A stretch of DNA of 44,121 bases from a virus (lineage: Duplodnaviria; Caudoviricetes), in the IMG/VR virus record IMGVR_UViG_3300033067_000707, positions 1 to 44,121 of that record. One strand, given 5' to 3'. The position numbers and the translations under genes were made by a program. The number at the start of each line of letters is the position of its first letter. The first letter of the stretch is position 1. Under the pieces are notes generated by a model. The model did no database searches and had not been told where the DNA came from. It worked only from the letters and a program-made list of their open reading frames with translations. Positions 35,871 through 44,121 of the stretch are shown here, piece by piece.

Positions 35871-36266
35871 TCAAACCAGGTGGGGAGCGATACGGCGGAC
35901 GGTATCGGTCAGTTCCTTTTCCGCATCATCGAGTCGATGGATCGCCTGATCCCGATGCTCGCGAAACAAGAAGCCGTAGTACGCCCGGTCACGAGTGCGA
36001 AACGTGGTGCAGGGAAAGAAATCAGTGACAGGAGGATTGCCGTCACCCTTTTCGTGAGGGATCGAAAGCCAATAGGGACGTTCCTTGTGCCGAGCAACAA
36101 CTCGCATCGCTGCACTCAGCGCCATGTCACGAAGCAACCAGCTCGTGTCCATCGGCATGCCCTCACGAGCTTCCTCCTTGCGCTGACGCTTGCGCTCTTC
36201 GCGACGGATCCGACTGCGCTTGCGCTTGAAGTCGTCGCCGTGTTCCTCACGCTTCTTCCGAGCCAT
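35871..36266 (-). CDS. Hypothetical protein with Arg/Lys-rich N-terminus
   Basis: Start overlaps upstream stop (TAATG). Confidence 0.6.
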   Translation of the reverse strand: MARKKREEHGDDFKRKRSRIRREERKRQRKEEAREGMPMDTSWLLRDMALSAAMRVVARHKERPYWLSIPHEKGDGNPPVTDFFPCTTFRTRDRAYYGFLFREHRDQAIHRLDDAEKELTDTVRRIAPHLV

Positions 36267-36700
36267 TAGGCGGGCACCCCTTCGAAGTCGTCAATCGCCG
36301 CCAGCCACAGACGATAGTTCTTCGACTTGCTGTGGCCCTGATAGCCGCTCAGCATATCGGCGCCGGTAGCCTTCTGCTCCCACAAGGTGACGTGGACCTC
36401 ATTCGCTTCGTGCGACAGGCCGATGAGCCCATTCTTGATGCACGGGATCGAAACACCACAGACAGTGAAGTCGCCGAGACCCATTTTCGATGAAGGACCG
36501 ATCTTGTCGATGGTGACGTGAGCGCGGAACCGCGCAACGGGGATCGCGGTATTCAACATCGCCTGGCCAATAGCCAGCGCGGTAGAAAGCTGCTCTTCAT
36601 TCGGAGACAGCTCCGGGTTATCGGTGCCGTAAGTTGAGTTCTGCTTCAGCTCGGCATCACCGAGGGCAATCAGGCGAGTCAACGCTTCAACGGGTTGCAT
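36266..36700 (-). CDS. Hypothetical protein
   Basis: GAGGAG RBS; coupled to the next gene. Confidence 0.65.
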   Translation of the reverse strand: MQPVEALTRLIALGDAELKQNSTYGTDNPELSPNEEQLSTALAIGQAMLNTAIPVARFRAHVTIDKIGPSSKMGLGDFTVCGVSIPCIKNGLIGLSHEANEVHVTLWEQKATGADMLSGYQGHSKSKNYRLWLAAIDDFEGVPA

Positions 36701-36712
36701 TCTGTATTCTCC

Positions 36713-36943
36713 TCAGAACATATTGGCTAGACGCTTCAGGTTGTCGGCGTCAGTTTCAAACAACTCGACCTGCTGCTGCAGGTCATCGATCATCTCTTTT
36801 GCCTCGGGATCATCGCTGCCGAGGTCAGCGTTCAGACGACCGATGAGCGACAAGGAGTCATTGATGCGCGCGTCCTGCATTTCTGCGTGGGTCATCAAAA
36901 TTGCATGAACCTGTGATGCGTCACCGGGTGAGAGGGTAATCAT
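36713..36943 (-). CDS. Hypothetical coiled-coil protein
   Basis: GGAG RBS before ATG 36943 (MITLSPGD..). Confidence 0.6.
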   Translation of the reverse strand: MITLSPGDASQVHAILMTHAEMQDARINDSLSLIGRLNADLGSDDPEAKEMIDDLQQQVELFETDADNLKRLANMF

Positions 36944-37016
36944 GATTGCGTCTCCGTTGTGTTGTTTTGCGTTGTCATCATACGACTGAGCATCGCCGGA
37001 CACAACTTCCCGTAAC

Positions 37017-37481
37017 TCACAAATCCCGCGATTTATTCTCCGCTTGCTGTTGAGGCGTAGCCCAACGACAATTCCCAGGACTATAATCGCCGTCTCGATC
37101 AGGATAACGATCCAATGAAGTTCCACTTGGCTTTTCTCCCATATCTCGAAGAAAGTTCTTGTAGCTATCCTTCCACTCTTCGCAGACTTTGATACCTCGT
37201 CCACCGTAGCGATGATACCGGTTGTGGAGTGGATTATAGCATCGTTGCCTCATACCCTGCCAAGACTTATATGTTGGTGGCTCTCTATAAGTCCGTTTGC
37301 AGCCACAGTGCTTTGGCTGACCAGACCGGATAAGTCGAGAAGCCCTAAGCTCGACTACATTACCACACTCACACTGAGCTTTCCACAGTTGGTGAGTTCC
37401 TTGCTTGCCAGCAAGGTGAAGAAGCTCAAATGATCCGACAATCATGCCGGGCCTAGCGGAGGGAGGTCTACCTGTTCTCAT
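37017..37481 (-). CDS. HNH-type homing endonuclease-like protein
   Basis: [42 protein letters not shown]; lower GC than neighbours. Confidence 0.85.
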   Translation of the reverse strand: MRTGRPPSARPGMIVGSFELLHLAGKQGTHQLWKAQCECGNVVELRASRLIRSGQPKHCGCKRTYREPPTYKSWQGMRQRCYNPLHNRYHRYGGRGIKVCEEWKDSYKNFLRDMGEKPSGTSLDRYPDRDGDYSPGNCRWATPQQQAENKSRDL

Positions 37482-37487
37482 GACAGT

Positions 37488-37516
37488 ATCATAATCCCGA
37501 GCGGGCCTAAAGTCAA
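37488..37516 (-). promoter_or_regulatory. sigma70-type promoter (leaderless HNH transcript)
   Basis: TTGACT-N17-TATGAT, with ATG six nt downstream. Confidence 0.7.
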
Positions 37517-38436
37517 TAGTCCGTCATATCCCAGTCGGGCCTGAAGTCGACAAACTCCTTGAAGTTGGGATGGCGAGGTTTCTCTTTCGCCCCCACCGCC
37601 TGAGACTTGTAGCGAACCAGCTTACCGAGAAGAGCTTTCGGGTCACGTTGAATTAACTCCCAGAGCTTTTGTCTTTGTTGCTTGGTAAACCCGCCCCCGA
37701 CTCGAACCTCAGTGCCGTCCTTGATGTCGTTGAGGATAAGACCCCCAAGAGTACCTTTCGCTTTCTTTCCCGACTTAGCGGAGGAGCGCTTGAGCTTGCC
37801 GGTTGCTTCTCGCTTCGCTTCATTGGTGTTCTCCATCTCTTCATACCAGCCCTTGATGCGACCTTCGCCATCCTTGAAAGGCTTGCACTTCAGCAGCCAG
37901 GCCTGCTTAACCGTCGACTTGCCTTCCTTGTAAGGGCCGTGGGTGTCTCGGACCATGATGCCTTCATAACCGAGCTCCAGTTTCTCGGTCAGATAATCCC
38001 GAAGCTCGAGATAATCCCGAATGAGCCGATGCTTGAGCAGCTTGATGCGCTCGTGGGCCACAGAGCCAATCAAGTCGTGAGCCGCAAGGTATCGATCATA
38101 CCAGTGATCGTCTAATCCCGGCCTGTCGAAGACCCATAGTGTAAAATCCGGCTCTCCATCTTCAGACGTAAGCCCTGAAGAAGTCCGTGTGAGAACGCCG
38201 GGACCCCGCCGACTACCAACAACTGCTTCCGCGTCGAGGAAACACTGAGCGGGAAGAATGTTGGATAGCGTTTCATGGAAGTACCTGTTGGGAAATTTGG
38301 CCAATCGACTGGTCATCGGGTGACTACCAAGCACACAGCGGAAGCCATCGATCTTGGGCGAGGCGTGTAGGGGATAGACAAGGCGTTCAAAGTACTCCTC
38401 GTCAATTGCCTCGCCTTTCATCGGTCGCTTAATCAT
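37513..38436 (-). CDS. ATP-dependent DNA ligase
   Basis: [35 protein letters not shown]. Confidence 0.93.
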   Translation of the reverse strand: MIKRPMKGEAIDEEYFERLVYPLHASPKIDGFRCVLGSHPMTSRLAKFPNRYFHETLSNILPAQCFLDAEAVVGSRRGPGVLTRTSSGLTSEDGEPDFTLWVFDRPGLDDHWYDRYLAAHDLIGSVAHERIKLLKHRLIRDYLELRDYLTEKLELGYEGIMVRDTHGPYKEGKSTVKQAWLLKCKPFKDGEGRIKGWYEEMENTNEAKREATGKLKRSSAKSGKKAKGTLGGLILNDIKDGTEVRVGGGFTKQQRQKLWELIQRDPKALLGKLVRYKSQAVGAKEKPRHPNFKEFVDFRPDWDMTDY

Positions 38437-38816
38437 TCCTTGCGGGCTTTCAAACGATCCTTAGCTTCTTTCTTGGGATCCTTAACCTTAAAGCCCTTCT
38501 TCTCGATAGGCTCCTTGGTGTGGTCCACTTTGCTGGTGGGTCGTTTCGCCACACGGCGAGGAGGGAGCATCACGGTGATAAGTTCCTCTTCGAGAGGCAT
38601 GTAGATCACCTGAGGGCGATAGCCAAGGGCTTCAGGGATCTTGAGACCCGCGCCCTGTCGCTTGCACATAAAGGCTGAAACCTGCTGTGCGGTGATACCG
38701 TTCTCCATCGCCCAGTCGCTGATGGATGACTTCTCATCCTTGGCTGCATCCCGCAGGAGCTTGCGAAGCCCCTTCTCGGTGATGGCGGTCCGGGGAACTC
38801 GATATTTCTTGTCCAT
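38433..38816 (-). CDS. Putative HTH DNA-binding protein
   Basis: SISDWAMENGITAQQVSAF..KIPEALGY; basic tail. Confidence 0.55.
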   Translation of the reverse strand: MDKKYRVPRTAITEKGLRKLLRDAAKDEKSSISDWAMENGITAQQVSAFMCKRQGAGLKIPEALGYRPQVIYMPLEEELITVMLPPRRVAKRPTSKVDHTKEPIEKKGFKVKDPKKEAKDRLKARKE

Positions 38817-38923
38817 GATACTCTCCGAAGGTCGGGGCGCACTGCTAAGCCGTGGCGTTTAAGCTTTCCAGCGTTGAAAGGAAAGACCCCCGCTGATCCA
38901 ACGATGCCGCCTATTGCTCGTTA

Positions 38924-39214
38924 TCAGCTGTCCTTCGACTTCTTACTGGCGGAGAAGGACTTGCGCAGTTCGGGATCACCCTCGAGGGTCTCGAACTTCT
39001 TAGCCTCTTCCTCATTGAAGAAGGTGTCAAGAGTCTGAACGGGAGCCTCGAGTTCCTTAACCTCAAGGACCTCAAGCTTTGTTACCAGGAACTCGCGTTC
39101 TTCGAAGGGGTCAAGGAGGGTCTCCTCGAGCCCCTCGACCGCGCTTCCGACTCGTCGAAGGGAAACAAGCGCACCGTGAGCACGGGCCTTGACCTTCACA
39201 GTGGTGGTCATCAT
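38924..39214 (-). CDS. Hypothetical protein
   Basis: AGGAG RBS before MMTTTVKVKA; downstream of a promoter. Confidence 0.6.
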   Translation of the reverse strand: MMTTTVKVKARAHGALVSLRRVGSAVEGLEETLLDPFEEREFLVTKLEVLEVKELEAPVQTLDTFFNEEEAKKFETLEGDPELRKSFSASKKSKDS

Positions 39215-39245
39215 TTTTCTCCTATTGCGATATTGCAACGGAGAC

Positions 39246-39274
39246 ATAATAACGCGATGGCGTTAAATTGTCAA
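39246..39274 (-). promoter_or_regulatory. sigma70-type promoter
   Basis: TTGACA-N17-TATTAT. Confidence 0.75.
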
Positions 39275-39592
39275 TCACCTCATCCTCAGTTCAAGACGAT
39301 AGCCGTCATCTTTAGGATACGTCAACCAGGGACGAGGATAGGGAGTCAGGTGAGGGACCACCGGGATGGAGGAGAAGAAGGGTGTTCCTCGACGGGTATT
39401 AATAGCTATTTCACCCGCGGCTAGTCGCTCCTCGAAAGCCATCACAAGCTCAAACCCGCCCACATAATCTAGGGGTGGGCGTTGACATGCAATTAGCTTG
39501 GGGTATACCACAAAATAAAGGCCGATACCCGAGCGGTATTCGACCTCTACCTCTTGACCGATTAGGTCAAGCTTCATCACTCCCATCACCAT
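39275..39592 (-). CDS. Hypothetical protein (start uncertain)
   Basis: GGAGG upstream; lower GC. Confidence 0.5.
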   Translation of the reverse strand: MVMGVMKLDLIGQEVEVEYRSGIGLYFVVYPKLIACQRPPLDYVGGFELVMAFEERLAAGEIAINTRRGTPFFSSIPVVPHLTPYPRPWLTYPKDDGYRLELRMR

Positions 39593-39677
39593 TCCTCCAT
39601 TTGAGGTACTTCCCCAAAGCGATGCCGGTGGGGATGACTGTTACCTAGTAGAGCAAGAGCCATCCCCACCAAGGCAT
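39567..39677 (-). pseudogene. Small membrane-peptide ORF interrupted by one TAG
   Basis: MPWWGWLLLY*VTVIPTGIALGKYLKWRNGDGSDEA; ATG overlaps upstream TAA. Confidence 0.4.
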
Positions 39678-39916
39678 TACTCGGGATCCTCGTCAAGCTC
39701 GTCGATGTCGGACAGCTTAGACTTCTTGAGAATGCGGTTGTGGTGCTTGGCGAGCTGCTTCGCAACCTTCTTCTGCTTCCCCGGCGTGGTGAAGTCGTCA
39801 TCTTCAGCTTCGCCGGCGGCGTAGTCGTCGTACTTGTCGGAGATTGCCTGCAGCACGACACGGTAAGCCTGCGAGCCCGGAGTGGGCTTCGCTACCTTGG
39901 TGGGCTTCTTCGCCAT
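39677..39916 (-). CDS. Hypothetical protein
   Basis: Translationally coupled (TAATG) in the operon. Confidence 0.65.
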   Translation of the reverse strand: MAKKPTKVAKPTPGSQAYRVVLQAISDKYDDYAAGEAEDDDFTTPGKQKKVAKQLAKHHNRILKKSKLSDIDELDEDPE

Positions 39917-40074
39917 TACTTCGCTTCCTTCACTTCGACGGTAATGGCCTGGGGCGCACCGTCCTTGAACGCCAATTTCTTGATGTAGAGCGACGGGATC
40001 GGCGCGTTGTCCTCGTCATTCTTGAAGACGAAGGTGCCCTTCGTTTCACGCTCCAGCTTCATGGTGGTCTTCAT
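39916..40074 (-). CDS. Small hypothetical protein, 52 aa (below ORF-track cutoff)
   Basis: MKTTMKLERETKGTFVFKNDEDNAPIPSLYIKK..; GAGGGA RBS; first gene after a promoter. Confidence 0.75.
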   Translation of the reverse strand: MKTTMKLERETKGTFVFKNDEDNAPIPSLYIKKLAFKDGAPQAITVEVKEAK

Positions 40075-40103
40075 CGTGTGTCCCTCGTTGTTCAGACAGA
40101 GGC

Positions 40104-40132
40104 ATTATCGATCATTCATTGCCACCTGTCAA
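40104..40132 (-). promoter_or_regulatory. sigma70-type promoter
   Basis: TTGACA-N17-GATAAT. Confidence 0.75.
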
Positions 40133-40959
40133 CGAACCACTTCCGACGGGATCAATTTGCGGTATTGAACCCACCCGTCAAAGTTCCCATGAAGACCGGG
40201 ATTGCGCCAGAAGCCTCCCCGCCCAGCGCTGATAAGCTCATCCGGCGTTGCCTGGTGTTCGGCCGGCGAAGCGTGAACCGGGCGACTGACGACCAGCTTC
40301 TCATACCGAGCAATCTCAGCGTTGACGTCCGCCTCACCGTCGAACGGCTTGTAGCTGAGTCGGGCGCACCGAGCGGTGGACATCATCTGCAGGGTATTCA
40401 AGCCCCATCGGCCATCCGCTTCCCAGTCGCTGATATAGGGCAAGTGCCACTCACCGTGGTTCAGTAGCTTCGGGGTGCTAATTTCCATGGCGTTCTTCAT
40501 CGCCATCGCCAGCTGATCGAACTCGGGCTGAGCATACGGACTGATCCGAAGCTCGAAGAAGTTCTTCCAGCGGGTCGCCGTCACAAGAACGTCAATCCAA
40601 CCGAACCACTCGAGCGGCCGATTGGCCCATTGCTTGTGCATACCCTCTTGCTGCCACAGGTCGACTTGGATCCTGCAGCGATGGGCGAGGTTCTCCCACT
40701 CCGCCGCCCATTTGGCCTGAAGCTCAGGAGACGCGAGAATCTCGCTCTGCATCCCGGGCTTGTTCATGCCAAACTCGGGCACGAAGATCTGCTCGGTCAG
40801 CAGGACCTTGCTCGGTACTGCGCGACTGCTGCGGGCGTTACGACTGAAGTCCCTGTGGGTCATCAGCTCAGCGTGGATCGCTCGCCAGTAGCGAAGGTGA
40901 AACGTAGTCAGCCGAATACCCTCCGGGCTGATGCTGTCGAGAATGATGTTGGCGAACAC
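40129..40959 (-). CDS. thyX: FAD-dependent thymidylate synthase (ThyX-like)
   Basis: IHAELMTHRDFSRNARSSRAVP, HKQWANR, NFFELR..AQPE, HASPAEH. Confidence 0.85.
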   Translation of the reverse strand: MFANIILDSISPEGIRLTTFHLRYWRAIHAELMTHRDFSRNARSSRAVPSKVLLTEQIFVPEFGMNKPGMQSEILASPELQAKWAAEWENLAHRCRIQVDLWQQEGMHKQWANRPLEWFGWIDVLVTATRWKNFFELRISPYAQPEFDQLAMAMKNAMEISTPKLLNHGEWHLPYISDWEADGRWGLNTLQMMSTARCARLSYKPFDGEADVNAEIARYEKLVVSRPVHASPAEHQATPDELISAGRGGFWRNPGLHGNFDGWVQYRKLIPSEVVR

Positions 40960-40960
40960 T

Positions 40961-41119
40961 CTACTTCCTTTCTGCGGCTCGTGCCGCCATGCCAATAAGA
41001 CACCCGACAATTATAGAGATAGCTTGCCACCTCGAGGCTTCGGGGCTTAGATCAAAGAGAAATTGAGTTCCCATCAAGTAGACGAAAGTGCCGATGCCCG
41101 CCCAGTACTCGGCTTTCAC
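40961..41119 (-). CDS. Small two-TM membrane protein, 52 aa (below ORF-track cutoff)
   Basis: MKAEYWAGIGTFVYLMGTQFLFDLSPEASRWQAISIIVGCLIGMAARAAERK; GTGA overlap and AAGGAG RBS. Confidence 0.65.
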   Translation of the reverse strand: MKAEYWAGIGTFVYLMGTQFLFDLSPEASRWQAISIIVGCLIGMAARAAERK

Positions 41120-42477
41120 TTGTCTTGCTCCTTGGCTTCCTTGATGTAGGCTTGACGGAATTCTTCGAAGGCGAAAGCGTGGTCGAGGTCCTTGTTTTCC
41201 TCGAAGACATCGTTGACCGCCTTCACCACGTCATCGACCAGAACGCCCTTCGGTTCTTCGCCTGACTTCTTGTCTCGAGTAAAGGCGAGTCGAGTCGCTC
41301 GCATCGGGATGCCGGCGACCATTGCCCCGCTGATGATATGCTCGAGCAAGAAGTGGCGGACGCCTCGAGTCTCGACGTTGCGCTTCTCGAAGTCAACCTT
41401 GATGGCCTGAGCCTCGAGAATGATCTTGTGGGGATCGAACAGCGACTCAAGCGCGGCGAACACCAGCTCATCGATACCCACCCCGTTAAAGGCAAGCTTC
41501 TCGAAGTTGTTGCGGAGGATAAACTCGACTGCCTCTTGGGTCGGACGCTTCACCACGATCTTGAAGTCGCATCGGCCATCACGGAGCACGGCCTGGTCGA
41601 TCACCTCAGGGCGGTTCGTGGCCAACAGTACGAAAGCGCCGCTCTCCCGCATACCATCCATTTCAGCCAGGAACGTGGCGACCTGTGACTCTTCCCATGA
41701 AGCCACACGGCGAATGCGGCCCGTGCGGTCGGGGAACAAGACCTCGGCTTCATCGATGAACACCAGCAGAGGAGTCCCGTGGAACCTCTTGTATTCCCGA
41801 GCGTAGCTGAAGATGTCCTTGATCCGCCCTTCAGTCTCACCCACAAACATCGACTGAAGTGAGCTGCCGCTGATTGAGATAAGCTCCGCACGACCATAGA
41901 GCTTCTTCATTTCGCTGGCCGCCGCTCGAGCGAACATTGTCTTACCACAGCCGGGAGGGCCGGAGAGCAGAGCACCCTTCGGCATCTTCATGGCGTAGAG
42001 GTCGTAGAGCTTCTTGTGGGTAACCGGCGCCTGGATCGCATCCTTCAGCTGTTCAAGGGCTTCCTCGTTGCCTACGATGTCTGCGAAGTCTTGGTCGGGA
42101 GCCTCGATGAGCCATTCCTCGACCTTCTTGCGAGCTGCCGTGTAAGCGGCCGGCGGCTGATCCTTCGGCGTTACCGGGATCCTCGGACTTGCGCCTCGCA
42201 TGAGGTCCTCGAAAGCGTCGATCATACGGAAGTCGTTGGGATCGATGTTGAAGCTTCCCCGAGCAGAGCTGCTGTATCGCCCGCTGATAGATCCACCACG
42301 ACCATAGGCGGTTTCAGGATTGCACATGGCACAGTCGGGGTCGCCGCACCCCCGAAGCTGATGTTGCTTACGCTCAGCTTCCTGCCGTCGCAGTTCTTCA
42401 GCGGTCTTCGGCTTCTGCATCTTACCCTGATAGCCCGGGTCATAGGGAGAGCCGTATTTCTTCCAGTCTCTTGACAT
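41116..42477 (-). CDS. Classic-clade AAA+ ATPase, ARC/Mpa-like
   Basis: GPPGCGKT, MFVGETE, VFIDEAE, FLAEMDG, ATNRPEVIDQAVLRDGRCD, SGAM. Confidence 0.88.
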   Translation of the reverse strand: MSRDWKKYGSPYDPGYQGKMQKPKTAEELRRQEAERKQHQLRGCGDPDCAMCNPETAYGRGGSISGRYSSSARGSFNIDPNDFRMIDAFEDLMRGASPRIPVTPKDQPPAAYTAARKKVEEWLIEAPDQDFADIVGNEEALEQLKDAIQAPVTHKKLYDLYAMKMPKGALLSGPPGCGKTMFARAAASEMKKLYGRAELISISGSSLQSMFVGETEGRIKDIFSYAREYKRFHGTPLLVFIDEAEVLFPDRTGRIRRVASWEESQVATFLAEMDGMRESGAFVLLATNRPEVIDQAVLRDGRCDFKIVVKRPTQEAVEFILRNNFEKLAFNGVGIDELVFAALESLFDPHKIILEAQAIKVDFEKRNVETRGVRHFLLEHIISGAMVAGIPMRATRLAFTRDKKSGEEPKGVLVDDVVKAVNDVFEENKDLDHAFAFEEFRQAYIKEAKEQDK

Positions 42478-42501
42478 CGATCACTCCTTTGTCGATGATC
42501 C

Positions 42502-42530
42502 TTTATCGCACGATTAGCTGCCGGGATCAA
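42502..42530 (-). promoter_or_regulatory. sigma70-type promoter
   Basis: TTGATC-N17-GATAAA. Confidence 0.5.
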
Positions 42531-42808
42531 CTTCGCTCGATCCAGCCAACGTGATACCACTCGTCGTAGCCTTCGACGTGGCCGTAGATCGCGTACCGAC
42601 CGTTACCCCGCTTCATCGGCTGATAGCAGCAGACAGTAGCCGTGAGGTTGACATAGCGAATCACCGGGTCGTTAAGTTGAGTCAACCCTACGGGCGTCGG
42701 CTTAGCCGCCAGCCGAATGCGACCTGTCTCGAGCAGGTAGTTAATCTGCTCAGGGCTAAGCGGATTGTCGTCCCATACTTCCTGGACGATGTACTCACCC
42801 GTTCTCAT
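42527..42808 (-). CDS. Hypothetical protein
   Basis: GGAGG RBS before ATG 42808 (MRTGEYIVQE..). Confidence 0.6.
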   Translation of the reverse strand: MRTGEYIVQEVWDDNPLSPEQINYLLETGRIRLAAKPTPVGLTQLNDPVIRYVNLTATVCCYQPMKRGNGRYAIYGHVEGYDEWYHVGWIERS

Positions 42809-43112
42809 TGGGATCCCTCCCCGCCTGGACGTTGGCATGCCAGCGGTTGAACTTGTCGAGCTTCTTCCGGCCCCTCTTCTGGATAGCCTTGAAATCCAGA
42901 CCATTATGGTCGATGACAAAGTTGATAGCTGCGACCACATCAGCCAGCTCTTCTTCGAGCGAGGTCTTAAGCGCTTGCCCATCCCAGTGAACCCCCATAT
43001 CCCCCTTTCCCATGATCTTGCCGATGACCTGGTGAGTCTCCCCCATTTCTTCGATGAGCTTGCTGAAGCCGGGCAGAGTGTCGCTGCCGATGCAGTGCGG
43101 GGTATTCTTCAT
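42795..43112 (-). CDS. MazG-like nucleotide pyrophosphohydrolase
   Basis: KLIEEMGE..LEEELADV (EExxE..ExxD). Confidence 0.75.
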   Translation of the reverse strand: MKNTPHCIGSDTLPGFSKLIEEMGETHQVIGKIMGKGDMGVHWDGQALKTSLEEELADVVAAINFVIDHNGLDFKAIQKRGRKKLDKFNRWHANVQAGRDPNENG

Positions 43113-43360
43113 TTCAAGGGATCTCCACAGGGTCGGGCCTCATGGGAGGCGCGGTACTTATTGACGAACCGGTCTCGATTGGCCTGGCCTTCGAAGACAT
43201 AGACTCGAGTGCCACGCTCAAAGACCATGCTCATCCACGGCCCATAGGCGGAGTGATCGATGCTTTCCTGCTTCAGCGGTGTAGAGGCTTGAGCGTAGTG
43301 CGGGTCTTGATACTTCTTGACCTTCTGACGCCACAGGTTCACCTGGTCTCGGTAGCTCAT
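43109..43360 (-). CDS. Hypothetical protein
   Basis: ATGA-coupled at both ends. Confidence 0.65.
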   Translation of the reverse strand: MSYRDQVNLWRQKVKKYQDPHYAQASTPLKQESIDHSAYGPWMSMVFERGTRVYVFEGQANRDRFVNKYRASHEARPCGDPLK

Positions 43361-43548
43361 CTTTTCCTCGCATACTTGATGACCAAGGTATAAAGCTCGA
43401 AGTCGTCAGGCTTCCGCCGGCTGTTGCCGGTAACCTGAGTGACAATAGCCTGCTGCTTCTCGATGTCGTCCGCAAGCTTACGAAGCTGACGGATCACTTC
43501 AGTCGGCTCTATGCCGATGCGGAAGGTCTTGTCCTTAGCCCCGGCCAT
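43357..43548 (-). CDS. Hypothetical protein
   Basis: TGATG coupling to the upstream gene. Confidence 0.65.
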   Translation of the reverse strand: MAGAKDKTFRIGIEPTEVIRQLRKLADDIEKQQAIVTQVTGNSRRKPDDFELYTLVIKYARKR

Positions 43549-43820
43549 CAGTTCAGGTCCTTCTTGTCCGCCGGCATGTCCTCGGTCATCTTGAGATTAT
43601 AGCCATGAAGGATATTCACGCTGGCGGACATCATGCCCTCTGTCAACTCTAGGGTAGAAGATCCTATGACCACACCTAGCATCCTGCTGAGGATACCTAT
43701 GTGGATTAAAGGACCGAGAGCCATATGAGCAGATAGTACCTCGGAGAGTTCCTCCTCAAGAGTAATCATCTCATCGGTGGATGGTATGAAAGCAGCTACC
43801 AATTCTTTTTCGTCAGTCAT
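43548..43820 (-). CDS. Hypothetical protein
   Basis: ATGA coupling; lower GC. Confidence 0.6.
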   Translation of the reverse strand: MTDEKELVAAFIPSTDEMITLEEELSEVLSAHMALGPLIHIGILSRMLGVVIGSSTLELTEGMMSASVNILHGYNLKMTEDMPADKKDLN

Positions 43821-44050
43821 AGTCCCAAACTCCTAAAGACTCCACCGAAAGATATCCCGATAAAGATGCCCAACACTATGCCGAACAGAAACCACCGGCC
43901 TTCGAAAATATGACCTTTCTTATGGCCCTCGTAAAGACCGCGCTGGTAAGCGTTGTCCACTTCATCGTTCATCACCTGTGAAAGCTGGGCTATGTAGTCC
44001 TTCACAGCTTCGCGTCGCTCTTGCTCGAGAATGCTAATCCTCTTCGTCAT
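43817..44050 (-). CDS. Hypothetical protein with C-terminal TM helix
   Basis: AAGGA RBS before ATG 44050; WFLFGIVLGIFIGISFG. Confidence 0.6.
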   Translation of the reverse strand: MTKRISILEQERREAVKDYIAQLSQVMNDEVDNAYQRGLYEGHKKGHIFEGRWFLFGIVLGIFIGISFGGVFRSLGL

Positions 44051-44120
44051 GGCGGGTGTCCTTGAGTGCGGCGCGGGCGATCGCATAACCGTAGCAAAAC
44101 TGCCTGTTGAGTTCGCAAAC
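44034..44120 (-). CDS. 3' end of a gene truncated by the window
   Basis: Open frame VCELNRQFCYGYAIARAALKDTRHDEED*. Confidence 0.4.
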   Translation of the reverse strand, partial: VCELNRQFCYGYAIARAALKDTRHDEED

Positions 44121-44121
44121 A

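Noticed and set aside
36944-37204. N-terminal extension of ORF 36713-37204 with an apparent TM helix
   Set aside because: Overlaps the HNH gene out of frame; a better RBS and ATG exist at 36943
41010-41040. TATAAT on the minus strand upstream of thyX
   Set aside because: No acceptable -35 box, and it lies inside the 52-aa membrane ORF; not called as a promoter
1-44121. Genome-wide stop-codon reassignment, tRNA genes, integrase/att sites, DGR or retron
   Set aside because: Genes end normally at TAG, TGA and TAA; no cloverleaf, recombinase or reverse transcriptase motifs were recognised by eye

Overview
About 44 kb of a GC-rich tailed-phage (siphovirus-like) genome, most likely from a phage of an alphaproteobacterium; the host is inferred from GTA-type tail-tip genes and a CtrA-like winged helix. 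On the + strand, 1-7.6 kb holds family A DNA polymerase (3' part), a Cas4-like exonuclease, a Sak4-like ATPase, a DUF669 SSB, VRR-NUC, an SNF2 helicase, an HTH protein, the CtrA-like wHTH, overlapped spanins and a J-domain protein. On the - strand, 32.7 to 7.6 kb is a complete morphogenesis cluster: TerS, TerL, portal, protease/scaffold, capsid, adaptor/neck, tail tube, frameshifted tail chaperones, tape measure with an M23 domain, DUF2460/DUF2163/NlpC-P60/hub, tail appendage genes, endolysin and a holin-like gene. From 32.8 to 44.1 kb are accessory and nucleotide-metabolism genes (DUF6011, DenV-like glycosylase, holin-like, HNH, ATP-dependent ligase, ThyX, ARC-like AAA+ ATPase, MazG-like). 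No integrase, CRISPR array, tRNA or rRNA was seen. The most notable observations are domain reuse among virion proteins (one ~70-aa module in three proteins, a duplicated structural gene each followed by 17-aa repeats, and a TerL C-terminal domain resembling the post-capsid gene product), a receiver-less CtrA-like protein, a possible VRR-NUC/helicase frameshift fusion, and a small ORF whose amber codon sits in a hairpin loop. All family assignments come from motif recognition by eye; no searches were run.
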